Below the pieces are notes generated by a model that saw nothing but the letters and a program-made list of their open reading frames with translations, did not search any database and was not told where the DNA came from. From assembly GCA_964524105.1 (NCBI GenBank), contig CAZGBX010000005.1, positions 3,772 to 61,843 of the forward strand: a DNA stretch of 58,072 nucleotides, written 5' to 3'. This stretch comes from Candidatus Woesearchaeota archaeon (GTDB lineage Archaea > Nanobdellota > Nanobdellia > SCGC-AAA011-G17 > GW2011-AR18). Made by a program: the position numbers and the translations under genes. Below, in pieces: positions 18,674 to 27,567 of the stretch; within the stretch, counting starts at the first letter, position 1, and each line of letters begins with the position of its first letter.

Positions 18674-21109
18674 TTGGGAATAATAATTAATAGCCTAAAC
18701 TTTGTGTACGAACACCTAGAAAACCCTAAGATGCTATACCTTCTAATCCCATTAATACTTCTACTACTCTGGTCATTAAGAAAAGACTTCATAAAAGTAG
18801 ATAAAAAAGTTACAATAAACCATAAAGTAATTTTAATCACAAGACTACTAACATTACTATTTTTAGTTATTGCAGTTGCAGCACCCTACGTTAACGAAAC
18901 AAACTATATCTCTGGAAACCCAAGAGTTAAGATACTATTAGACGAATCAGACTCATTCACATTATTCAACAAAGAAGAAGTTGAAACCTTCATAGAAAAA
19001 GTAGAAAAGAAAGTTTCAGTTGAGACACAAACTATAGCATTCAAAGACTCTTCACCATTAGGAGACGGAGTTTTAAACAACCTCAAAGAATATGAAAACC
19101 TATTACTAATTACTGATGGCCATTCTAACTTTGGAACAGAACTTCAAGAAGTTGCAGTTTACGCAGATTCAATTAACGCAACATTAAGTTCATTAAAACT
19201 AGAACCAATAAAGTACGACGCATCAATTTCAGTTGACGGACCATCAAAAACAACAGCAAATGTAGAAAACACATTCACAGTAAACTTAGACCAATCAAAT
19301 AACCCAAGAGACTTAAACGTTAAAATCTCAGTTGACGAAGAAGTAATCTTCAACCAACCAACTCAAGAACCTTTCACATTCACTAAAACATTTTCACATG
19401 GTTACCATAGAATCACAGCAGAACTTTTAGGACAAGAAGATGAATTCAAAGAAAACAATAAATTCTACAAGATGATTAAGGTAGTACCAAAACCAAAAGT
19501 TCTACTATACTCAGAAAAAACAACTGACTTACAAACTTTGCTTTCACCAATGTACGAACTAGAAGCAACAGAATCTTTACCATCAAACTTAGACAAGTAC
19601 AACTCAATCATAATAAACGACATCTCAGCAACAACAATGAAACCACACATCCCAGAGTTAACTAATTTTGTAGCAGAAGGAAACGGGATGGTAGTTGTCG
19701 GGGGACCAAACTCTTACGACATGGCAGACTACAAAGGCTCAATGTTTGAACAAATGCTACCAGTTTACGTTGCTCAAGCAGGAAAGAAACAAGGCAACAT
19801 AAATATTGTTGTAGTAATAGATATTTCAAGAAGTACAGGTAAAGACTTTGGAGAAGATAAAGTTGTAGATGTAGAAAAAGCACTTACACTAGACATCCTA
19901 AAAGGAATACACTCAATAAACCAAGTTGGAATAGTTGCATTCAACACAGAATCTTATGTTGTTGGAGATATGAAACCTTTAGTAGAACACACTGACTTAA
20001 TAGAAAAAGTTTCTAAACTAAAAGATATTGGAGGAACAAGAATATTCCAAGGTATGCTTAAAGGGATAGAAATGCTAGAAGGCCAAGCAGGATCAAAGAA
20101 CATGATTGTAATAACAGACGGTAGAACACAAGGTTATCAAGAAACAATAGTTGCAACTAACGAAGCTAGAGAAAAAGGAATAAAAACTTACACAGTTGGA
20201 GTTGGACACAGAACAAACGATGACTTACTAGAACTTATGGCAGAACTAGGTAACGGGGCTTATTTCCAACCAGAACAAAAAGAAGGATTAGAAATATTGT
20301 TTGGAGACCCCAACAGGAAAAAAGGAGAGAACAGAAATCCAGGCATGTCAGTTATTAATTCCAACCATTTCATTACTAAAGACTTAGACTTAAAAGCAAC
20401 AATTTTCGGTTATAACACAGTAGTTCCAAAAACCTCAGCTAAACTACTAGTTTCAACAGACACTGGAGACCCGTTAGTCACAACATGGAGATATGGATTA
20501 GGTAGAGTAACAAGTTTCACTACAGACGACGGTGGTTTATTCGCACCAGAAACATTAAACCAAAAGAACTCTAAGATCTGGTCAAGGGTTACAAACTGGG
20601 CAGTTGGAGACCCAGAAAGAAAACAAGATTCATTCATTAACATTGAAGATGCTAGACTAAACGAACCTGCAATAATAAACATCAGATCAAGTAAACTACC
20701 CTCTTCAGAAGAAGTTTCATTCACAAAACTAGAAGATGACACATTTGAAGGTAGTTTTGTTGCAAAAGAGATTGGATTCCATGAAAAGTTTGGTGCTAAG
20801 TATGCAGTTAATGATAGAAAAGAATTAGACAGGATTGGCTTCAATGAAGAAGTTCTTCAAGATACAGCAGACTTATCAGATTCTAAAATGTTCACTCAAG
20901 ATCAAGTTGATGAAGTAGTTAAGTTTGTTAAAGCAAAATCTAAAAGACAAGTGTTTGGCAAACAATCTAAAGCATGGATCTTTGTTTTGTTAGCAGTTAT
21001 ATGCTTCTTAACAGAAATCTGTTTCAGAAGAGTTACTAGAAACAAAGCATTATACACAGAAGTTAAATCAAGATTTGATAAAGTAAAGGATAGATTCAAG
21101 AAAGATTAG
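18674..21109 (+). CDS. Large membrane protein with BatA-like N-terminus, GATase1-like module and vWA domain(s)
   Basis: ENPKMLYLLIPLILLL N-terminus. DESDS and VVIDISRSTG MIDAS motifs, with ...GGTRI...VITDG. C-terminal TM segment. TTG start 1 nt after the upstream stop. Confidence 0.8.
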   Translation: MGIIINSLNFVYEHLENPKMLYLLIPLILLLLWSLRKDFIKVDKKVTINHKVILITRLLTLLFLVIAVAAPYVNETNYISGNPRVKILLDESDSFTLFNKEEVETFIEKVEKKVSVETQTIAFKDSSPLGDGVLNNLKEYENLLLITDGHSNFGTELQEVAVYADSINATLSSLKLEPIKYDASISVDGPSKTTANVENTFTVNLDQSNNPRDLNVKISVDEEVIFNQPTQEPFTFTKTFSHGYHRITAELLGQEDEFKENNKFYKMIKVVPKPKVLLYSEKTTDLQTLLSPMYELEATESLPSNLDKYNSIIINDISATTMKPHIPELTNFVAEGNGMVVVGGPNSYDMADYKGSMFEQMLPVYVAQAGKKQGNINIVVVIDISRSTGKDFGEDKVVDVEKALTLDILKGIHSINQVGIVAFNTESYVVGDMKPLVEHTDLIEKVSKLKDIGGTRIFQGMLKGIEMLEGQAGSKNMIVITDGRTQGYQETIVATNEAREKGIKTYTVGVGHRTNDDLLELMAELGNGAYFQPEQKEGLEILFGDPNRKKGENRNPGMSVINSNHFITKDLDLKATIFGYNTVVPKTSAKLLVSTDTGDPLVTTWRYGLGRVTSFTTDDGGLFAPETLNQKNSKIWSRVTNWAVGDPERKQDSFINIEDARLNEPAIINIRSSKLPSSEEVSFTKLEDDTFEGSFVAKEIGFHEKFGAKYAVNDRKELDRIGFNEEVLQDTADLSDSKMFTQDQVDEVVKFVKAKSKRQVFGKQSKAWIFVLLAVICFLTEICFRRVTRNKALYTEVKSRFDKVKDRFKKD

Positions 21110-21492
21110 AAATTCCTATCCAAAAAAACTAACATCTCTTCATTCCCAGCAGCAACAAAACACTTCTTAGCCATCTCTTTATCATTATCAGAAATAAACC
21201 TCATCCCCAACTCAGTTAATAATTCTAAATTCTTAGTTGATCTTAAAGCATGAAAAGCCCAAACTAAGTGCCCATTTTTCAAACAAGACTCCCCAATCTG
21301 AACTAATCTATTAACATTCCCAGTCAAAGTAAACAACTTAATACTCTCAACTACGAAATTATCTTTAAACATCTTCCAACCCTCATCTTCCAAGCTAGAG
21401 ATCATCTCAGGGTTAAGCATAGAAATATCAGGATTAGGAGAATTAACCAGTTCTCTAACAACCATAGCAAAACTCATAAACTGAATAACCAA
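21106..21492 (-). CDS. Hypothetical helical protein
   Basis: 128-aa ORF convergent with the vWA gene (4-nt overlap). Possibly TPR-like helices, with no firm motif. Confidence 0.4.
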   Translation of the reverse strand: MVIQFMSFAMVVRELVNSPNPDISMLNPEMISSLEDEGWKMFKDNFVVESIKLFTLTGNVNRLVQIGESCLKNGHLVWAFHALRSTKNLELLTELGMRFISDNDKEMAKKCFVAAGNEEMLVFLDRNF

Positions 21493-21527
21493 AAATCATT
21501 TAAATAGATTATTGAATTATTACATAC

Positions 21528-21947
21528 ATGTCATTTATAGACCAAAACGCTAATTTCGGATTAGTAGTACTAATTTCAGTCCTAGCAGTAGGAATAGTTG
21601 CAAGTACAATCTTCTTCAACTCAAAATTCAACGATGTTAACGATCAACTAGACACAAAACTAGGAGAACTAGATAACACAAAATCTAACCTAGAAAAAGC
21701 AAAAGAAAACTTAGAAGAAACCCAAGAAGATTTAGAATTAACTTCTATCCAAGGAGAAGACTTAGCAGATCAATATGAAGATATAAACGCCAGAAACAAA
21801 AGACTCCAGAAAGAGAAAAAAGACCTAGAAGAAAGAGTATCAAGATTACAATCAGATCTAGAAGAAAGAGAAGCAGAAGTAAGATCATTACAAAAAACAA
21901 TTGAAGATAAAGAAGAAAAAATAGCTAGACTTGAACAACAAGAATGA
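21528..21947 (+). CDS. N-terminally anchored coiled-coil protein
   Basis: TM segment FGLVVLISVLAVGIVASTIFF followed by heptad-rich E/K/L sequence. Confidence 0.6.
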   Translation: MSFIDQNANFGLVVLISVLAVGIVASTIFFNSKFNDVNDQLDTKLGELDNTKSNLEKAKENLEETQEDLELTSIQGEDLADQYEDINARNKRLQKEKKDLEERVSRLQSDLEEREAEVRSLQKTIEDKEEKIARLEQQE

Positions 21948-22723
21948 AAAAGATAACTGAAGCTCTTAAAGAATTAAAACTAACCTGGAACATTATCCAA
22001 GGTTCAGAACAGATCGTAGAAGGTATGCTAGTAATTACAATTGCTTTAGCTTTCATTATTTTCATAGGAATAAGTTGGGTTTACTCACTAATACCATTCC
22101 TAATCTACGTAGGTTACAAAACATACCAATACATCAAAGGCAACTTATTCAAATCAATAGAAGAAAAAACTCCAAACCTTAAAGAAAAACTAAGAACAGC
22201 TGCAGAATTCAAAGACAAAGAAACCCAAATGGTTAAAGAACTTAATGAAGATGTAGTAAAAGAAATAAAGAAAGTTAAATCCTCTTTCTTAGTAGACTAT
22301 AAAACAGTAGCTTACAGACTACTAGGACTAATCTGCTTATCTTTCATGGTAATTATCTTCTCAACTATGAACATCAACTTAGGTGGTGTTGAAGGAATCT
22401 CATACAGCATAAACCAAATAAAATTCATTAACGAAGAAAAGATGGACATCCCAGATATTGCAATTGCTTCAGAAGAAGGAGACCTAGATATCTACGGTGA
22501 CGCATCAGTTGCAGAACTAGGATTAGAAAAGCAAGAATTAGAGGTAAACGCCCTAGATTCAGAGATTGACTTAAACAAAATAGGTGGAGTAGAGAAAAAG
22601 ACATTCGCCCCACAATCTATTCCAAAAGAAATATATACTACTTACGACGTTTCCTATAATGAAAGGATTCCTAAAGAGAATCAAAAGATAGTCAAGAACT
22701 ATTTTGAAAAAATAACAAGATAA
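21944..22723 (+). CDS. Membrane protein of the MoxR/vWA cluster
   Basis: ATGA overlap with the upstream gene. Two to three TM segments. Ends 1 nt before the MoxR gene. Confidence 0.6.
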   Translation: MKKITEALKELKLTWNIIQGSEQIVEGMLVITIALAFIIFIGISWVYSLIPFLIYVGYKTYQYIKGNLFKSIEEKTPNLKEKLRTAAEFKDKETQMVKELNEDVVKEIKKVKSSFLVDYKTVAYRLLGLICLSFMVIIFSTMNINLGGVEGISYSINQIKFINEEKMDIPDIAIASEEGDLDIYGDASVAELGLEKQELEVNALDSEIDLNKIGGVEKKTFAPQSIPKEIYTTYDVSYNERIPKENQKIVKNYFEKITR

Positions 22724-22724
22724 A

Positions 22725-23660
22725 ATGGCATCAATGGAAGAGGTACAAAAGAGATTTAAGATCATGTTTGACGAGCTAGCTAAAGTAGTAATTGGTCAAG
22801 ATGAAGTCCTAAAACAAGTCATGGTTTCCATATTATGTAACTCTCACGCATTACTAGAAAGTTATCCCGGTTTAGCAAAGACATTATCTATTAGAACAAT
22901 TTCTAACATCATGGACATGCAATTTTCTAGAGTCCAAGGAACCCCAGATTTACTACCATCTGATGTTACAGGAACTTACATTATTGAAGAACACAAAGGA
23001 GAAAAAAGATTCAAGTTCCAAGAAGGTCCTTTGTTTGGTAACTTAGTTTTAGTTGACGAGATTAACAGAGCAACTCCAAAAACTCAATCTGCTTTCTTAG
23101 AAGCGATGCAAGAGAAACAAGTTACAGTTGGAGAGAAATCCTATACATTACCTTCACCATTCTTTGTTTTAGCAACACAAAACCCAATTGAACAAGAAGG
23201 AACTTATCAATTACCTGAAGCCCAAACAGACAGATTCTTAATGAAAATAAAAATTGATTATCCTTCATTCCAAGAAGAACTAAAAATAGTTGATAAATAC
23301 GCTGAAAACGATAAACTACCATCTTTAAGAAAAGTCTTTAACAAAGATTCTATTGGATTCCTACAAGAATTAACAAGACAAATGCCAATTGCAAGGGACT
23401 TGAAAGCTTACGCAGTAAAGATTGTAACTAATACAAGAACTAAAAAGGATTTAATTGAGTACGGAGCATCACCTAGAGCATCTATAGGTCTAATCTTGGC
23501 AGCAAAAGCTAAAGCTTTACTAGAAGGAAGAAAATATGTAAGTAAGAAAGATATTGACGCTATGGCATTCCCAGTTCTAAGACACAGAATAATTCTTAAC
23601 TTCGAAGCTCAAAGAAACAACTTAACTGAAGACGATGTTATCAAGAAGTTGTTAAAGTAA
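22725..23660 (+). CDS. MoxR-like AAA+ ATPase
   Basis: AAA_3 pattern: LLESYPGLAKT (Walker A), LVLVDEINRA (Walker B), FFVLATQNPIEQEGTYQLPEAQTDRF. Confidence 0.9.
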   Translation: MASMEEVQKRFKIMFDELAKVVIGQDEVLKQVMVSILCNSHALLESYPGLAKTLSIRTISNIMDMQFSRVQGTPDLLPSDVTGTYIIEEHKGEKRFKFQEGPLFGNLVLVDEINRATPKTQSAFLEAMQEKQVTVGEKSYTLPSPFFVLATQNPIEQEGTYQLPEAQTDRFLMKIKIDYPSFQEELKIVDKYAENDKLPSLRKVFNKDSIGFLQELTRQMPIARDLKAYAVKIVTNTRTKKDLIEYGASPRASIGLILAAKAKALLEGRKYVSKKDIDAMAFPVLRHRIILNFEAQRNNLTEDDVIKKLLK

Positions 23661-24452
23661 ATAAGCCCTTTTAGCATCATCAATAACAGAAAGATCAATA
23701 TCATAAATCAAACACTCTTCTCGCCTGGGTTTTATATGTGCAACCACACCATACAAAGGTAAAGCAATTTGAGTATGTCCTGCCAAATAATCTTCACAAT
23801 TCTCAATTTTTTCATTCACAAAATTCCCCGCAGCATTAACAAAAATAAAAGCAACACAATTCTCAAAAGCTCTTGCTTGTACCAAAGCATCAATAACCCT
23901 TGCATCAGAATTAACTCTATACTTTTTCATTTCATCCAGATATGATTTAGATTTCCAACTCCAAAAAGCAGGACAAAAAACAATCTTTGCTCCAACCATT
24001 TCTTTTGTAATTTCAGGATAAAGTAGATCCCTACATATCTGAACACCGACCTTCCCAAATTCAGTTTCAAACACAAAAGAACTTTCTCCACAGATCAAAT
24101 CACGAACCTCTTCAGTCCTTGGAACTATCTTTCTTTTTATATACGAACCAATAATTTCCCCTTGACGATTAAAAGCATAAGAAACATTGATTAATCTATC
24201 CCCTTTTCTCTCATGAATACTCCCCATAATAGCATAAATCGAATACTTCTCAGAAAGAAAAGCAAACTTTTCCTTTGCTAAAACAGGAATTTTATCATTA
24301 AAAGTATCACAATCCTCCGGACCAGTAAGAAAACATTCAGGAAAACAAATAAAATCACAACCTGCTGCTAGCTCAAACCACTTATCAACATTCTCAAGAT
24401 TCTGAAGTGGATTATTCAAAACTTCACACTGAACAGCAAATATCTTGACCAT
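23652..24452 (-). CDS. Carbon-nitrogen hydrolase (nitrilase superfamily)
   Basis: Glu-Lys-Cys catalytic pattern: ICFPECF, YIKRK, VGVQICRDL. Confidence 0.85.
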   Translation of the reverse strand: MVKIFAVQCEVLNNPLQNLENVDKWFELAAGCDFICFPECFLTGPEDCDTFNDKIPVLAKEKFAFLSEKYSIYAIMGSIHERKGDRLINVSYAFNRQGEIIGSYIKRKIVPRTEEVRDLICGESSFVFETEFGKVGVQICRDLLYPEITKEMVGAKIVFCPAFWSWKSKSYLDEMKKYRVNSDARVIDALVQARAFENCVAFIFVNAAGNFVNEKIENCEDYLAGHTQIALPLYGVVAHIKPRREECLIYDIDLSVIDDAKRAYLL

Positions 24453-24587
24453 AAATAAGATTCACAAAGTAAACTTCTTAAAACCATACGAATAAAAAAT
24501 AAATATCACAACAATCCTTAAATATGAAACGCTTTAAAAATAATTTATTCCAAGAAAACTTATAAACTTTTTTCAATTGATCAATTT

Positions 24588-24806
24588 ATGCCATTTAACC
24601 ACAATGCCATAGATCAACTGCTAGAAGAAACAGACCTAACCATTGAGACCTTAGCACAAGAATTAGGAATTACTAGAACTAACCTTCAAACAAGTATGAA
24701 AAACTGGAGGGGAGAAGGCAACCCCACAGTAAGAAGAATCGATGAACTATATTGTATTGCACAAAGATATGGCTCTAGCGTAGAATTCTACGAAAAACCG
24801 AGATGA
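24588..24806 (+). CDS. Small helix-turn-helix protein
   Basis: 72 aa. LTIETLAQELGITRTNLQTSM is HTH-like. A TATA box lies 22 nt upstream of the ATG. Confidence 0.5.
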   Translation: MPFNHNAIDQLLEETDLTIETLAQELGITRTNLQTSMKNWRGEGNPTVRRIDELYCIAQRYGSSVEFYEKPR

Positions 24807-24859
24807 AACTAAAAATCGCCACCATAATCCTTATAAATTACTCATAAAATAATAAACAT

Positions 24860-25711
24860 ATGACAATCCCTACAGACTTTCTACACGAACTAGATAGATT
24901 CAGTTTAATAATTAACAAAAGAGTAACATCAAACTTCGTAGGACAAAAGAAAGCACATGCAGTAGGGAGAGGTTTAACCTTCTCAGATTACGGAAGATAC
25001 ACTTTCGGAGACGACTTCAGAACAATAGACTGGAGAGTATACGCAAGAACAGACAAACTATTCATAAAAAGATATGAAGAAGAAAGAAACCTAACAGTAA
25101 ACGTAATAGTTGACTTCTCAGCAAGTATGAAGTTCGGAAGTAAAATAAAAAAATCAGATTACGCTTCAATGATTGCTTTAGGGTTCTGTCATGTTGCACT
25201 AAAAAACAATGAAAGGTTCGTCTTATCAACATTCGCAGACAGACTAGCAAGGTTCAAACCAAAAAGGGGAGCAAAACAACTAGCAGCAATCCACCAATAC
25301 CTAAACAATAAGAAACCAAAAGGAACAACTAAATTCGAAGAATCATTACAAAAACATAAAGAATTAATCAAATCAAGATCAATGATTATCATAATCTCAG
25401 ACTTCTTCTATGACATTGAAGAAATAAGAAACATCCTTTTAAGATTCAAGAACAACAAAGTAAAACTAATCCAAGTTCTAGATGACCAAGAGAAAAACTT
25501 CAACTTACAAGGTAATTACGAATTCATAGACCTAGAAACAGAAGACTCAATGAAAACTTACGTTGACCCATTAGTTAAAAAACAATACTTCCAGAAACTT
25601 CAAAACCATAATCACTTGATCAAACAAGCATGTGACGCAACTAAAGCAGACTTCTACCCAGTACATACGGGCCAAGACATTTTTGAAGTCTTTTACGAGA
25701 TACTAAGATAA
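24860..25711 (+). CDS. DUF58 protein (vWA-like partner of MoxR)
   Basis: GDDFRTIDWRVYARTDKLFIKRYEEERNLTVNVIVDFSASM is the DUF58 signature. Confidence 0.85.
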   Translation: MTIPTDFLHELDRFSLIINKRVTSNFVGQKKAHAVGRGLTFSDYGRYTFGDDFRTIDWRVYARTDKLFIKRYEEERNLTVNVIVDFSASMKFGSKIKKSDYASMIALGFCHVALKNNERFVLSTFADRLARFKPKRGAKQLAAIHQYLNNKKPKGTTKFEESLQKHKELIKSRSMIIIISDFFYDIEEIRNILLRFKNNKVKLIQVLDDQEKNFNLQGNYEFIDLETEDSMKTYVDPLVKKQYFQKLQNHNHLIKQACDATKADFYPVHTGQDIFEVFYEILR

Positions 25712-25712
25712 A

Positions 25713-26645
25713 ATGCCAATCAATCCAGGAATAGACTTCAAACTAGCAGAGGACGAGTATCAGAAAGCTAGTACAGACCCTGAAAAACTTAAAGCTTTAG
25801 AACACATGTACGCAACATGTCCAAAACATAAAGGGTCCAGTTCTATCCTAAAAGAGATCAAAACCAAGATCTCCAAACTAAGAGAAAAGATACATAAGAC
25901 AAGAAAACAAAAATCAAAAGGTTATTCTTATTATATTAAGAAAGAAGGTGCAGCACAAGTAGTTCTAGTCGGAGTTACTAACTCAGGTAAATCTTACTTA
26001 ATAAACAAACTAACTAATTTCAAAACTGAAGAAGCAGATTATAGATACACAACAAAAGAACCACAGATTGGAATCTTAGAACATCATGGAGTTAAGATCC
26101 AAATGATAGAATTCCCACCAATATTTCCAGGATGCTCAGATAGAGAAAAATATCCTACTTACTTTGGAGCAATAAGAAACGCAAACTTGATTATTGTAGT
26201 TCTAAACGGAACAAAAGCAATTGGCAAACAACTAGAATTAATAGAAGATGAATTCCACCACAGTTTCATTAACTTAGGCGGAACAGAAAAAGGAAACCAA
26301 AGAGTAGTTGGAATAAAAACTTTAGTCACAGTAAACAAAGGTCAAAGAAAACCAAGAACCAAATTCCCTATTTTCAAGATAGGAAGAATCAGATCAGAAA
26401 TCTGGAAGAACTTAAACATGATATACGTTTACTCTAAATCTCCAGGAAAAGAAAAAGATTATCCACCTGTAGCATTACCAAAAGGGTCCACAGTCAAAAA
26501 CCTTGCATCAGAAGTCCACAAAGATTTCATAAGAAGATTTAGATTTGGCAGAGTCTGGGGAAAATCAGCAAAGCACCCTGGAGCTAGGGTGGGTTTAGAA
26601 CATAAATTAAAAGAACAAGATATTATTGAGTTGCATCTGAAGTAA
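25713..26645 (+). CDS. DRG-type Obg-family GTPase with C-terminal TGS domain
   Basis: G1 motif GVTNSGKS. C-terminal TGS-like KGSTVKNLASEVHKDFIRRF...DIIELH. Confidence 0.85.
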   Translation: MPINPGIDFKLAEDEYQKASTDPEKLKALEHMYATCPKHKGSSSILKEIKTKISKLREKIHKTRKQKSKGYSYYIKKEGAAQVVLVGVTNSGKSYLINKLTNFKTEEADYRYTTKEPQIGILEHHGVKIQMIEFPPIFPGCSDREKYPTYFGAIRNANLIIVVLNGTKAIGKQLELIEDEFHHSFINLGGTEKGNQRVVGIKTLVTVNKGQRKPRTKFPIFKIGRIRSEIWKNLNMIYVYSKSPGKEKDYPPVALPKGSTVKNLASEVHKDFIRRFRFGRVWGKSAKHPGARVGLEHKLKEQDIIELHLK

Positions 26646-26653
26646 AAGAAGAA

Positions 26654-26728
26654 TTACTTCTTCTTTTTCTTCTTAGTTTTAGCACCTTTCTTAGTAACAG
26701 TTTTTTTCTTAGCTTTCTTCTTTGGCAT
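26654..26728 (-). CDS. Candidate 24-aa poly-lysine mini-protein
   Basis: Manual translation gives MPKKKAKKKTVTKKGAKTKKKKKK. A strong SD, AGGGGGGTG, lies 5 nt upstream of the ATG. Confidence 0.3.
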   Translation of the reverse strand: MPKKKAKKKTVTKKGAKTKKKKKK

Positions 26729-26829
26729 AATGACACCCCCCTAAAGTAAACGGTTTTAATGTTAAAGTTCCTTAAATACTTTTCTAATAATCACAACAAA
26801 TTTAAACAAAAAGATTAAAACTTTATATC

Positions 26830-27567
26830 ATGGACAAAAAAGCCTGGAACAAAGCAGCCAAAGATTACTTCAGCACAGTCCATGTCAGCCCATTCTCAAA
26901 AGGAGTAATCAACCCTTTACTAGATGATATAAAGAAACTAAACAAAGACAAAAAAGTAATAGATCTAGGTTGCGGCACAGGAAACCTAATACCTTACATC
27001 AAACACTTCAAAGAAATCCACGCTGTAGACTTCTCCCCAATCATGATAGAGAAAGCAAAATCAAAACACAAAAAAGTAAACTTCAAAGTAAAAGACTTAA
27101 GAAACCTAGAAGGATACTACAATCAATTCAACTTAGCATTCGCAATTAACTCAATCTTAGGACCTTCAATCCTAGACTCAGAACTAATGTTCAAAGAATC
27201 ATATAAAGTACTAAAAAACAACTCAACCTTAATAGCAATTCTTCCTTCCATGGACTCAGAGATTTACAGAGCAACACTAACCTTCCACGACGAACTAAAA
27301 AGAGTTAAAAATGAAAATATCGCAATAAAAAGAACACATAAAGAAATGACATCAAAAGAGTACGACTTCATGCTAGGATTATACAAACACAAAGGAGACA
27401 AACAAAAACACTTCTATAAAGTTGAATTAGAGTATTACTTAAAAAAAGCAGGCTTCAAGAGCATAAAGTTTAAAAAAGTCCTCTATCCTTGGCGAACTTG
27501 GGAAGCTAAAAAGTCCTTACACAAAGAAGACAAACTTTGGGACTGGCTAGTTTACGCTAAGAAATGA
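26830..27567 (+). CDS. Class I SAM-dependent methyltransferase
   Basis: Motif I VIDLGCGTGNL and post-I AVDFSPIMIEKA. Confidence 0.85.
   Translation: MDKKAWNKAAKDYFSTVHVSPFSKGVINPLLDDIKKLNKDKKVIDLGCGTGNLIPYIKHFKEIHAVDFSPIMIEKAKSKHKKVNFKVKDLRNLEGYYNQFNLAFAINSILGPSILDSELMFKESYKVLKNNSTLIAILPSMDSEIYRATLTFHDELKRVKNENIAIKRTHKEMTSKEYDFMLGLYKHKGDKQKHFYKVELEYYLKKAGFKSIKFKKVLYPWRTWEAKKSLHKEDKLWDWLVYAKK

Noticed and set aside
22725-23660. The MoxR Walker A motif PGLAKT as a possibly degenerate, inactive P-loop.
   Set aside because: PG[VL][AG]KT is the normal consensus of the MoxR/AAA_3 family, and Walker B (DEINRA) is intact.
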